From assembly GCA_050125095.1 (NCBI GenBank), contig JASFEA010000118.1, forward strand, positions 1 to 10,012: a DNA stretch of 10,012 nt, given 5' to 3'. This DNA is from a bacterium (lineage in GTDB: Bacteria; Arandabacterota; Arandabacteria; Arandabacterales; JALGWA01). Shown in pieces: positions 1 through 7,358 of this stretch. The notes beneath the pieces were generated by a model, which was given only the letters and a program-made list of their open reading frames with translations, had not been told where the DNA came from and ran no database searches. Made by a program: the position numbers and the translations under genes. The number at the start of each line of letters is the position of its first letter. The first letter of the stretch is position 1.

Positions 1-2
1 TA

Positions 3-1598
3 GCCCTCGCCGGCAAGCTCGATGAGAAAGACTACACGGTTTACTGCCTAATGGGCGACGGCGAGCAGCAGGAAGGCCAGATCTGGGAAGCCATAATGGA
101 AGCGGGCCACTACAAGCTCGACAACCTCATCGGCATACTGGACAAGAACCGCCTCCAGATCGACGGATGGGTCAAAGACGTAATGGACATCGACCCCATC
201 ATAGAGAAATACAAGGCATTCAACTGGGAAGTCATCGAATGCGACGGCCACAACATGAAGGAGATCCTGGACGCGCTCGAGAAGGCCAAGGCCGTGAAGG
301 GCAAGCCGACACTCATCGTGGCGCACTCGGTGAAGGGCAAGGGCGTGAGCTTCATGGAGGACGAGGCCGGCTGGCACGGCAAACCGCCGTCGGTCGAGCA
401 GATGGAGCAGGGTCTCAAGGAGCTGGGTCTGGAGGGCAAGATGCCCGTAGACGAGATGTTCAAGCTCGCAAACGACTACCAGGAAGCAGCGACGGCCAAG
501 CTTGAAGCCAAGATGCCCAAGTTCAGCAAGGACTACTTCTGGAATGCCGGCGAGCGGATGAAGTCCGACATGAGCCCCACGCGCAAGGGGTTCGGGCAGG
601 CGCTCTGCGACCTGGGCGACCAGCGGCAGATCGTGTGCCTGGGCGCCGACATCTCAGACTCCATCACCATAAGCCAGTTCTACAAGGGCTGTCCGGGCCG
701 TGACGAGCGCTTCATCAGCATGGGCATCGCCGAGGCAAGCGCCACGGGCGTGGCGGCGGGCCTGGCCAAGGAAGGCAAACTACCGGTGTTCGGAACCTAC
801 GGCGTATTCGCCTCCGGCCGAAACCTGGACCAGATCCGCACGACAGTCTGTTACGGCGAGTTCAGCGTGTTCATCGCGGGAGCCCATGGCGGCGTGTCGG
901 TCGGACCCGACGGCGCCACGCATCAGGCGCTGGAGGAGCTCTTCCAGATGTGCGGCCTTCCCAACATGAACGTGGAAGTACCCTGCGACTACTACGAGAC
1001 GCGCCGGGCGTCGGAGCATCTACTCTTCGATGTCAAGGGACCCAAGTACATCAGGTTCGCGCGCGAGGCGACACCGGCAGTCACAGACGAGAAGACCCCC
1101 TGGGTCTTCGGCAAGGCCAACGTGATCCGCTACCGCGGCGAGAAGGACAAGTTCGCCGACGCCTTCGAGCACGTCCTCGCCGAGAAGTACAAGGGCGAGA
1201 AAGAAGATATAGCCATAATAGCCTGCGGCCCGAGCGTGCCGGAAGCCATGCGCGCCGCCTATATCCTCAAGGAGGAGTACGGCATCGAGACGCGCATAGT
1301 GAACATGCACACCGTAAAGCCGCTGGATAAGGACACCATCGTCAGGGCGGCGAAAGACGTGAATGTAGTCGTCACGGCCGAGGAACATCAGGTCGGCGGC
1401 CTCGGGAACCTGGTGGCGGGTGTGCTGGCGGCGTCAAAAGACCTCTATGGAAAGCAGTTCATTCTGGGTATGATAGGAGTCCAGGACCGCTTCGGTGAAA
1501 GCGGCGCCCCCTGGGAGCTCGTCAAGGAGTTTGAGGTCAGCGCGGAACACATCGCCGCAAAGGCCAAGGAGCTCCACGACTTCGCCAAGAAGAAGTAG
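3..1598 (+). CDS. tkt: Transketolase (TPP-dependent), single-chain fusion of N- and C-terminal sections; 5' end lies outside the window
   Basis: The frame is open from position 3 (ALAGKLDEKDYTVYCLMGDGE...), so ATG51 is internal. TPP/Mg motif GDGEQQEG...ILDKN, plus VKGKG and WHGK. Pyrimidine-binding domain motifs MGIAE and GPDGATHQ. C-terminal domain with HTVKPLD, TAEEH..GGLG and DRFGESG. Stop TAG at 1596-1598. Confidence 0.93.
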   Translation, partial: ALAGKLDEKDYTVYCLMGDGEQQEGQIWEAIMEAGHYKLDNLIGILDKNRLQIDGWVKDVMDIDPIIEKYKAFNWEVIECDGHNMKEILDALEKAKAVKGKPTLIVAHSVKGKGVSFMEDEAGWHGKPPSVEQMEQGLKELGLEGKMPVDEMFKLANDYQEAATAKLEAKMPKFSKDYFWNAGERMKSDMSPTRKGFGQALCDLGDQRQIVCLGADISDSITISQFYKGCPGRDERFISMGIAEASATGVAAGLAKEGKLPVFGTYGVFASGRNLDQIRTTVCYGEFSVFIAGAHGGVSVGPDGATHQALEELFQMCGLPNMNVEVPCDYYETRRASEHLLFDVKGPKYIRFAREATPAVTDEKTPWVFGKANVIRYRGEKDKFADAFEHVLAEKYKGEKEDIAIIACGPSVPEAMRAAYILKEEYGIETRIVNMHTVKPLDKDTIVRAAKDVNVVVTAEEHQVGGLGNLVAGVLAASKDLYGKQFILGMIGVQDRFGESGAPWELVKEFEVSAEHIAAKAKELHDFAKKK

Positions 1599-1631
1599 CA
1601 ACGCCTCTCGAAAAGAGAGAAAGCGACATAT

Positions 1632-2867
1632 ATGCGATATACGCTTAGAGCGCAATCGGCGTCTGCCCCGGCAAAATACGCGGGCACGCTGATTGCGCTT
1701 GTCTTTTTGCTCGCTTCCGGCGCCCCCTGTGAGGAGCACTCGCCCGCCGGCGCCGATTCGGCGGCTTCGCCCGCAGCAGTGGCCGCGGTGCTCCCGCCGA
1801 CCATCGTCTCGATTGAGGACACTCCGAACGACGCCGGCACAGGCGTCGATATTACCTGGAAGGCATCCCCGTCCGAGACGCTCGAGCCGGGCAGCGTAAT
1901 AGAGTACAGCATATTGCGCGCGGAATCCGAAGACGGAGAGTTCGAGAGCGTGGGCACCGCCGTGGCCGGGTCCACAGCTTACTCGGACGGCGGCCTCGAG
2001 CCCGACAGGCCATACTGGTACAGGGTGGCCGCAGTCGGGCTGGAAGGAGAGGCGGAGTCCGAGACGGCCGGACCGGGCTACGGGCGCATGCAGTGGTTCG
2101 ACCACGGCCTCGAGAGCGTGCTCGCGCTCACCGTGCTCGTCTGCGCGCTGGTCATCTTCTCCATCGCCGTCGCGAGGCGCAAGTCGGGCGCGACTTATCT
2201 CCGCAAGCTCCCCGTGTTCGACGCCATTGACGAGGCCATCGGGCGCGCGACCGAGATGGGCAAGAAGGTGCTCTTCATCATGGGGCAGCTCGATGTCGAC
2301 GAGCCCCAGACGGTGGCCAGCATGAATATACTGGCGCGCGTGGCAGACCGCGCCGCGACCTACGGCACCAACCTCGACATCCCCTGCGTATGGCCCATGG
2401 CCATGAGCATGGCCCGCGAAACGGTCAAGGAGAGTTATCTCCGCGCCGGGAAGCCCGACGATTTCAACGAAGACGACATCTATTATATGACAACTGACCA
2501 GTTCGGTTACGTGGCCGGAGTCGACGGCATCATGATGCGCGACCGCCCGGCCGCCAACTTTTACCTGGGCGCGTTCTACGCCGAATCGCTTATATTCGCC
2601 GAGACGGGCTACACCACCGGAGCAATTCAGATTGCCGGGACGGCCGAGGTCGACCAGCTCCCCTTCTTCGTGGTGGCCTGCGACTATACGCTTATTGGAG
2701 AGGAGCTCTACGCTGCCGGGGCCTCGCTTTCGGGCGACCCCGTGCAGATCGGAAGCATCAGGGGCCAGGACATCGCCAAGGCCATCTTCGTCATAATGAT
2801 AATCGTCGGCGTAATCCTGAAGCTCATGGGCATAAACGCTTTCGAAGAGTGGCTGGCAATAGGATAG
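1632..2867 (+). CDS. Membrane protein: signal peptide + fibronectin type III-like domain + TM + DUF6754-like soluble domain + C-terminal TM
   Basis: Hydrophobic N-terminal signal (TLIALVFLLASG). FN3 pattern at aa ~55-150 (P..DTPND.G..V.ITW...Y.I.R...Y.D.GL.P...YWYRVAAV). TM at aa ~163-181 followed by RRK. Conserved-looking DAIDEAIGRATEMGK and QLPFFVVACDYTLIGEELYAA motifs that I associate with DUF6754. C-terminal TM AIFVIMIIVGVIL. The start codon is uncertain (weak SD). Confidence 0.8.
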   Translation: MRYTLRAQSASAPAKYAGTLIALVFLLASGAPCEEHSPAGADSAASPAAVAAVLPPTIVSIEDTPNDAGTGVDITWKASPSETLEPGSVIEYSILRAESEDGEFESVGTAVAGSTAYSDGGLEPDRPYWYRVAAVGLEGEAESETAGPGYGRMQWFDHGLESVLALTVLVCALVIFSIAVARRKSGATYLRKLPVFDAIDEAIGRATEMGKKVLFIMGQLDVDEPQTVASMNILARVADRAATYGTNLDIPCVWPMAMSMARETVKESYLRAGKPDDFNEDDIYYMTTDQFGYVAGVDGIMMRDRPAANFYLGAFYAESLIFAETGYTTGAIQIAGTAEVDQLPFFVVACDYTLIGEELYAAGASLSGDPVQIGSIRGQDIAKAIFVIMIIVGVILKLMGINAFEEWLAIG

Positions 2868-2876
2868 GAAGGTGAA

Positions 2877-3500
2877 ATGAGACTCAAGGTCCCCCTCGCA
2901 ATCATTTTCGTTATGGGGATCTTCACCATAGTCACCCATTTCATACCAGCCCAGCCGGTCGCCGAACTCAACCAGACCTTCAGGAACTGGTATATCGGCA
3001 TTATCTCGTTCTTCATCTTCTTAGGGACAGTCAACCTTGCCCGGTCCAACAGCGAGAAGATCAAGACCAGGGCGCGCGATTGGCGCTATTCCATCATACT
3101 TCTCATCGCGCTGGCCGTGATGCTGGTCGCGGGATTCTACCGTGGCCGCTCTAGCATGGATGAGGGCAGCCCGTTTATGTACCTTTACTTCAACGTGCAG
3201 TACCCGCTTGAGGCAACCATGTACTCGCTGCTGGCCTTCTTCATCACGTCGGCAGCCTTCCGGGCGTTCAGGGCGCGCAACAAGGAAGCCGTATTGCTTC
3301 TCGTCGCCGCGGTGCTGGTGATGCTCGGGAGGGTGCCCATCGGGTCGGCCATATGGGACGGTTTTCCCGATGTAACCGAGTGGATAATGAGCTTTCCCAA
3401 CGCGGCGGCCAAGAGGGGCATAAGGCTGGGCATCGATCTCGGCCTCATATCAATGGCGCTCCGCATGATACTCGGCATAGAGCGGTCTTACATGCAGTAG
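2877..3500 (+). CDS. Uncharacterised polytopic membrane protein (~6 hydrophobic segments)
   Basis: 207 aa, purine-rich SD region (AGGAAGGTG) just upstream of the ATG, 9 bp after the previous stop. Multiple TM-like stretches. Motifs ATMYSLLAFFITSAAFRAFR and KRGIRLGIDLG..LRMILGIER. Confidence 0.85.
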   Translation: MRLKVPLAIIFVMGIFTIVTHFIPAQPVAELNQTFRNWYIGIISFFIFLGTVNLARSNSEKIKTRARDWRYSIILLIALAVMLVAGFYRGRSSMDEGSPFMYLYFNVQYPLEATMYSLLAFFITSAAFRAFRARNKEAVLLLVAAVLVMLGRVPIGSAIWDGFPDVTEWIMSFPNAAAKRGIRLGIDLGLISMALRMILGIERSYMQ

Positions 3501-3516
3501 GAGGACTTAGGGCGTT

Positions 3517-4344
3517 TTGAGCGCATTCGAGAGAATCCAGAAACTCGACCGCCGCATTATATTCCTTACCGTGGCCGCGGCCGTGATTCTGCCGCTCTTC
3601 TTCCCGTTAAGGCTCCCGATCGACGTCACGCCCCCGGTGCAGCGGCTCTATGACGTCATAGAGGGGCTGCCCAAGGGCTCGGTGGTGCTCATCTCCGTAG
3701 ACTACGACCCCTCAGGCGCGCCCGAGCTCGACCCGGCCACGTGGTCCATAATGCGCCAGTGTTTCAGCAGGGATCTCAAAGTCTTCGTGATGGGACTGTG
3801 GGCGACCGGAGTTCCGCTGGGCATGAGAGCCCTCGAGAGGGTGGGTGCGGGCGAGTATGAGAAAGAATACGGCGTCGACTATGTCAACTTCGGATATATA
3901 CCCGGCGGGGCAATTGCCCTCGTCAACCTGGGAAGGGACGTGTACAACGTCTGCCGCGAGGACGTCTACGGAACGGCTGTCGAGGATATCCCCATGATGA
4001 AGAACATCAGGTCGGCCGGCGACTTCGGGCTCGTGATATCCATGTCAATGGGTGTGCCCGGCAGCGACCAGTGGATCTGGTACTACCACGCCCGCTACCG
4101 GGGGAACCTGGCAACGGCGCAGACGGCGATCGGCGCCCCCAAGTATTACCAGTACCTGCAGACCGGGCAGCTAGTTGGCCTCATCGGAGGCATGAAGGGA
4201 GCTGCCGAGTACGAGCGCCTGGTGAACAACTACGGTCTTGCCACGGTCGGCATGGACTCGCAGTCGGCCGCGCATATGCTCATCATCGCGTTTGTAGTGC
4301 TGGGCAACGTCATCTACTGGATCGAAAAGCGGAGGAAGAAGTAG
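3517..4344 (+). CDS. Uncharacterised membrane-anchored protein (N-terminal TM, ~220-aa alpha/beta soluble domain, C-terminal TM)
   Basis: TTG start preceded by AGGAGG (3499-3504). TM at aa ~14-30 and ~253-269, basic tail KRRKK. Motifs DYDPSGAPEL, YGVDYVNFGY and GQLVGLIGGMKGAAEYE. High-GC3 codon pattern. Confidence 0.85.
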   Translation: MSAFERIQKLDRRIIFLTVAAAVILPLFFPLRLPIDVTPPVQRLYDVIEGLPKGSVVLISVDYDPSGAPELDPATWSIMRQCFSRDLKVFVMGLWATGVPLGMRALERVGAGEYEKEYGVDYVNFGYIPGGAIALVNLGRDVYNVCREDVYGTAVEDIPMMKNIRSAGDFGLVISMSMGVPGSDQWIWYYHARYRGNLATAQTAIGAPKYYQYLQTGQLVGLIGGMKGAAEYERLVNNYGLATVGMDSQSAAHMLIIAFVVLGNVIYWIEKRRKK

Positions 4345-4345
4345 C

Positions 4346-4990
4346 GTGTTGATGACCGAAGGCATATGGGTATGGATAGCGGGCGTTCTCACGCTGGCCA
4401 TCTACTCCTTCCTCTACAAGGACAATCCGTTTTACAAGATAGCCGAGTACATCTTCGTGGGACTGTCGGCCGGGTACTGGGCGGTGTACCTCTTCTGGAA
4501 CTTCGCCTATCCCAATCTTTTCCAGCCGCTCGTCGCGGAGGGCAATTACTGGAACATCATCCCCATCATACTGGGATTCATGATGTTCACCCAGCTCTCG
4601 CGGCGCTCGGCCTGGCTCGTGAGGTTCCCGCTCACCTTCGTGCTGGGGGTCAGCCTGGGGCTGCAGCTTATCGCAGCCGTAGAGGGCGATCTCGTGCCGC
4701 AGCTGGCGGGCACCTTCGCGCCGTTCTCCAGGGGCGCCCTCTTCCATACATACGACTTCTGGACCTCAATCGGCTATATAGCGCTCCTCGTGGGGGTGCT
4801 CTCCACGCTGGTCTACTTCTTCTTCTCCAGGGAACACAAGGGAGTGTTCGGCGGCATAGCGCGCACCGGCGTCTTCTATCTCATGATCGCCTTCGGCGCG
4901 TCCTTCGGCTACACCGTGATGGCGCGTATATCGCTCCTGTTCGGGAGGGTTCACTTCATCTTCCACGACTGGCTGCACATAGTCAGATAA
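4346..4990 (+). CDS. Uncharacterised polytopic membrane protein (~6 TM, three internal helical-hairpin repeats)
   Basis: GTG start 1 bp after the previous stop, with SD GGAGG at 4331-4335 (in-frame TTG4349 and ATG4352 are alternatives). Very hydrophobic. Motif SFLYKDNPFYKIAE and three G-x-S-x-G-[YL] motifs. Confidence 0.85.
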   Translation: MLMTEGIWVWIAGVLTLAIYSFLYKDNPFYKIAEYIFVGLSAGYWAVYLFWNFAYPNLFQPLVAEGNYWNIIPIILGFMMFTQLSRRSAWLVRFPLTFVLGVSLGLQLIAAVEGDLVPQLAGTFAPFSRGALFHTYDFWTSIGYIALLVGVLSTLVYFFFSREHKGVFGGIARTGVFYLMIAFGASFGYTVMARISLLFGRVHFIFHDWLHIVR

Positions 4991-5006
4991 TACGGGGGCG
5001 GCTTAC

Positions 5007-5381
5007 GTGTACGCGCTCAGCAAAGAGGAATTCGACGAAGTCGTCACCGAGGTCATCGGCGGTCTCCCCAAGGAGTTCCGCGATCATATCGACAATGTCG
5101 AAGTGGTGGTGACCGACTACCCATCCCGTTCCATGATGCGGCGGGTGCCCCGCGGACATATGCTGCTGGGGCTGTACCAGGGCGTGCCGCAGAGGCAACG
5201 CGGCCCGTGGTACGGCGTGCGGCCCGTGATGCCCGACAGGATCACGCTCTTCAAGAAGAACATCGAGTCCATATGCTCGAGCCGCGAGGCCGTGCGTCAC
5301 AGGATCAGGAAGACGCTCCTCCACGAGATAGGGCATCACTTCTCGATGAGCGACAGCGACCTAAGGGGTATAGGCTGGTAG
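5007..5381 (+). CDS. Minimal zincin-like metallopeptidase family protein (Zincin_1-type)
   Basis: 124 aa, GTG start. Family motifs LP..F...IDNV.VVV.DYP, LLGLYQGVP, PDRITLF..NI and the zinc-binding HEIGHH (HExxH) near the C-terminus. Confidence 0.88.
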   Translation: MYALSKEEFDEVVTEVIGGLPKEFRDHIDNVEVVVTDYPSRSMMRRVPRGHMLLGLYQGVPQRQRGPWYGVRPVMPDRITLFKKNIESICSSREAVRHRIRKTLLHEIGHHFSMSDSDLRGIGW

Positions 5382-7262
5382 TCCCCCGTTCTTTATGTGC
5401 TGGTCAAGGAACTCCACCATCTTGCGGTAGTAAATCAGCCTGTTCGAGAGTTTGCCGATGCCATGCCCCTCATCCGGGAAAATGAGGGTCTCCACCGTGC
5501 CGCCCCGGGCCTTGATCGACCGGGCGATCTGTCGCGCCTCATCCACCGGTACGCGGGGGTCGTTTTCGCCATGCGCGATTAGAAGCGGCGCCCGGATCTG
5601 TTCGGCATTGGTGAGCGGAGAGATCTCGGTCAGGAACTCCTCGTCCGAAAGCGGGCCGTACTCGGCCTCGCGAATCGCCCGCCGGTAGTCGGCAGTGTTC
5701 TGGAGAAATGTGACGAAGTTGGATATTCCGACCGAGCAGATGCCGGCCCCGAATATCTCAGGATAATCCACCAGCGCCGCGAGCGTCACATAGCCGCCGT
5801 AACTCCCGCCCTTCACAGCGATCTTCCCGTATTCGGCGTAACCGTTGTCGACGAGCCACCTGGCGGCTTCGTATATGTCCTTGATGGAGTCCTTCCGCTT
5901 CTTGTAGTCGTCCATCTGCATATACTCGATGCCGTAACCCGAGCTGCCCCTTATGTTCGGGGCGATGATGCCGTAGCCGTTAAGGATTAGGTACTGGAAG
6001 TGGCGCTGGAAGCTCGGCCGGAACTGCGACTCCGGGCCGCCGTGCGCGTGTATGACGAACGGCAGCGGCTGCCCGTCCCAATCTTCAGGAACAAAGAGGA
6101 ATGCCGGGATCTCGAGATCGTCGAAAGACCGGTACTTGATGAGTTCCGGCTCAACGAACATCGTCCGGTCAACTCCCGCGTAGCTGGAGTGAGTCAGCTG
6201 CTTGAGCTCGCCGCCCGCGACGTCATACATCCAGACGTCGAACGTACGCGACGCGCTGGCGAATGCGAATACGAGCTTGCCATCGTCGGAGAATTGAAGC
6301 CCCTGGACTACGCCCTTCATATGGTCCAGGCTCCACTTGCGCCCCGTCCTCAGGTTCATTATGTACAGAAGGCCGTAGCCGTCCACGTTCTCGACCCAGG
6401 CAAGGAAGCGGGCGTCGCGCGTCATATCCATCTCCTCGGTCTCCCAGGGCGAGTCCGAGTTCAGAAACTCGATGTCATCGTCGCCTATCTTCATCCTCGC
6501 CACGCGCACCATGCCGTCCCTGTTCTTGTTGGTGAGGAAGTAGACATATTCGAGATCGGGGTCAAGCCGCCCGTTGACGAATACATAGTCCCCGCTGTGG
6601 TCGGTGAGATGCCGCTCCGCCTTGTTTGCGAGGTCGAGAAGGTAGAGGTCACTATCCACATTGGAAGAAAAATGCGTCATGAGGAGCCTGTTGCCGTCGG
6701 CGGAGATATCGGTGGCGTTGTTCCAGCCCTGCATGCTCGATATCTTGTCCACCCTCTTGTCCTCAATCGCGATGCGGTAGATGAAGAAGTCGGTCCCGTT
6801 CTCCTGGTTGGAGCGGAAGTAGACGTACTTCTCATCGGGGCTCCAGACGGGAGAGCCGTGGCGAACGCCCTCCGCGGCCTTCAGGGTGCTCACCGAGCCG
6901 GTGTTGGTGTCGAGAAGATAGAAGTCCGACTGCTCGCTGCCGCCTATGCTGGCGCCGACTATCATGTGATCGCCGGAGTACGAAGGTACGTAAAAATCGA
7001 TCCCATCCACGAACACAGTCAGCTGATAGGGCCAGCCGCTGGGCAGGATCTCGTACACCTGGTCAACGCCTGACATGAACGTATCGAAAAAGACGCGGTT
7101 CCCGTCTGCACTTATGGCGGGCTCGGACGCCGCTCCGATCTGCATGAAGGTCTCAATATCCGGTATGTTAAGCGAATCTCCCGGCGCCGGGTCGGCGATT
7201 ACGGGTAAGACCGAGAGCAACAGGCCCATGGAAAACGCGGTGAGACAAACTCTGATTGACAT
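5361..7262 (-). CDS. Secreted S9 family peptidase (prolyl oligopeptidase / acylaminoacyl-peptidase-like), beta-propeller + alpha/beta hydrolase
   Basis: I place the start at ATG 7262 (MSIRVCLTAFSMGLLLSVLPVIA, a signal peptide) because a perfect SD AAGGAGG lies just upstream, giving 633 aa. HGGP oxyanion motif, N.RGSSGYG, nucleophile GGSYGG, catalytic Asp in GENDPRV and His in DEGHG. The N-terminal half has propeller repeats (PVWSPD, DISADG). Confidence 0.93.
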   Translation of the reverse strand: MSIRVCLTAFSMGLLLSVLPVIADPAPGDSLNIPDIETFMQIGAASEPAISADGNRVFFDTFMSGVDQVYEILPSGWPYQLTVFVDGIDFYVPSYSGDHMIVGASIGGSEQSDFYLLDTNTGSVSTLKAAEGVRHGSPVWSPDEKYVYFRSNQENGTDFFIYRIAIEDKRVDKISSMQGWNNATDISADGNRLLMTHFSSNVDSDLYLLDLANKAERHLTDHSGDYVFVNGRLDPDLEYVYFLTNKNRDGMVRVARMKIGDDDIEFLNSDSPWETEEMDMTRDARFLAWVENVDGYGLLYIMNLRTGRKWSLDHMKGVVQGLQFSDDGKLVFAFASASRTFDVWMYDVAGGELKQLTHSSYAGVDRTMFVEPELIKYRSFDDLEIPAFLFVPEDWDGQPLPFVIHAHGGPESQFRPSFQRHFQYLILNGYGIIAPNIRGSSGYGIEYMQMDDYKKRKDSIKDIYEAARWLVDNGYAEYGKIAVKGGSYGGYVTLAALVDYPEIFGAGICSVGISNFVTFLQNTADYRRAIREAEYGPLSDEEFLTEISPLTNAEQIRAPLLIAHGENDPRVPVDEARQIARSIKARGGTVETLIFPDEGHGIGKLSNRLIYYRKMVEFLDQHIKNGGLPAYTP

Positions 7263-7308
7263 GCTCTCCCTCCTTGAGCGATATTCAGGGTGAAGGTCAA
7301 AACACCTT

Positions 7309-7336
7309 ATTCTACTACGATTCCGGCCCTGCGCAA
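7309..7336 (-). promoter_or_regulatory. Putative sigma70-type promoter for the S9 peptidase gene
   Basis: Minus strand reads TTGCGC-N16-TAGAAT (-35 at 7331-7336, -10 at 7309-7314), about 47 bp upstream of the ATG. Confidence 0.45.
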
Positions 7337-7358
7337 CACTTGAATATGGATGTGGGAT

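Noticed and set aside
1689-1730. Lipoprotein signal in the FN3/DUF6754-like protein (LLASGAPC)
   Set aside because: Pro at -1 does not fit the lipobox [LVI][ASTVI][GAS]C. More likely a standard signal peptide.
1434-2939. 501-aa ORF on the minus strand
   Set aside because: Antisense shadow of the + strand genes, typical of high-GC3 coding. No recognisable motifs.
6000-7073. 357-aa ORF on the plus strand
   Set aside because: Lies wholly antisense to the S9 peptidase, with no domain signature or SD.
7293-7308. AAGGT-N6-ACCTT inverted repeat near the S9 promoter
   Set aside because: Only 5-bp arms with no second copy, so it is compatible with chance.
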